Positions 62,876 through 64,000 of a stretch of DNA of 64,000 bases are shown here, in pieces. Every line of letters begins with the position of its first letter. The first letter of the stretch is position 1. Made by a program: the position numbers and the translations under genes. The notes under the pieces were generated by a model, which saw only the letters and a program-made list of their open reading frames with translations, did not search any database and was not told the DNA's origin. This DNA comes from Hyphochytrium catenoides (lineage: Eukaryota; Protista; Hyphochytriomycota): the NCBI GenBank assembly GCA_900088475.1, contig FLMG01004137.1, positions 62,001 through 126,000 on the forward strand, in the 5' to 3' direction.

Positions 62876-64000
62876 ATGGAGACCGTCTATGGTGATGACG
62901 AGGACTGGGTGCCCCAAGTGGTTTTGGAGTCACCTGCTGCCAACACATTGACAGAGGAGCACACGTTAACGAACGAGCAAAACGAGAATCTCATCGCGAA
63001 CTATGACGGCTATGGGGAGGACGAAAACTTTGCTGAGAATGACTATGATGATGAATACTACTATGAAGATGACGATGGTACAGAATTGGCGTTCGTGAAA
63101 AGCTTACGTGCGGACTCAAGTCTTTATTTTGCTAGGAGCTCGCGCTCAGGGTCAAGTGTCCTCCAAAGGTGGCAACTCGGTAACGTCAAGTGCAAAGACC
63201 TACCAGCCCAAGCAACATTCCATTGATAAGATGTTGGGAAAAATGAATTTCTCCCATGGGGCTGTTGGAGAGCTAGCCCGAAGCATCAATGAGACAGAGA
63301 CGAGCAGGTATGAGACCTAAAATAACTCTTCCTTGGTAGCCACGAATCTAAGCATATCGCTAGGACCAAGCACACGGGCAGAGACGATAGAGCCACCACT
63401 GAGCAAGTCCTTGACCCTAGGACACGAATGATCCTGTACAAGCTACTCAATCAAAACTTTGTGTCTGAGATTAACGGCTGCGTAAGCACAGGCAAGGAGG
63501 CTAACGTGTACTATGCCCGAGGGCCCGAGGCAGAGTATGCTGTGAAGATATACAAGACGTCTATTCTCGTCTTTAAGGACAGAGACAAATATGTCTCTGG
63601 GGAGTTTCGATGGAGGCACGGTTACTCGAGAAGTAATCCCAGGAAGATGGTCAAGGTCTGGGCAGAGAAAGAAATGAGAAATTTAAAGAGGTTAGTACCC
63701 ACCCCTGCATAATTGCAAAGGCATAACAGACGCCAAGAGCGTAGGAAGAAAATCTTCGAGGGTGACAACTAGTGAACAAGGTTTGAGATTGCTATATGTG
63801 TGGTGTAAGTACAGCCGCTATGCGAGTGGATTAGGTTGAAGCTGGAGAGCAAAATCATGGCTGACCCACTGAGTTTACCTGCAGACTGCAAACGGCCGGG
63901 GTATTATGTCCCACACCAGTGTTACTGCGGCTTCATGTGCTAGTCATGGAGTTTTTAGGGAAGAATGGATGGTAGGCCGCTTATGAAAAGCCCTTATGAC
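62876..64000 (+). CDS. RIO1: RIO1 atypical Ser/Thr kinase, 3'-truncated by the window edge
   Basis: [78 protein letters not shown]. Confidence 0.97.

Noticed and set aside
1-64000. Prokaryotic-type systems (CRISPR, operons, IS elements) or a non-standard genetic code
   Set aside because: No repeat-spacer array, transposase, RT or integrase motifs were seen. In the genes I traced, in-frame stops are explained by spliceosomal introns.

Overview
This is compact, intron-rich eukaryotic nuclear DNA (about 50% GC, standard genetic code, short spliceosomal introns, many with CTRAY-like branch points). Gene content (axonemal dynein, IFT22, CCDC17-like) points to a flagellated protist, probably a stramenopile; that assignment is inference. 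I assembled 18 protein genes by hand: dynein heavy chain (3' part), a triple C2HC zinc-finger protein, a KEX1-like S10 carboxypeptidase, IFT22, a 63-aa twin-Cx9C protein (COX23-like; missed by the ORF track), GPATCH1, nucleolin/NSR1, UPF1, SCOT/OXCT1, TAF11, REV3, NSUN6-like, a 10.8-kb CCDC17-like gene, an ankyrin-FN3 protein, an ARM-BTB protein, meiotic HOP1/HORMAD, PSMD9 and RIO1 (5' part). There is one 55-N gap. I saw no CRISPR array, rRNA, tRNA or transposon. Best leads: (1) a putative SCOT 5'-UTR intron with both splice sites inside hairpins and its 3' end duplicated in a downstream intron; (2) HOP1 with tandem winged-helix domains and a closure motif, whose stop lies 26 nt from that of convergent PSMD9; (3) two GC-AG introns beside a REV7-binding motif in REV3; (4) a possible 3'-UTR intron downstream of UPF1. 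No novel multi-gene system can be firmly claimed. Exon boundaries are manual and unverified.
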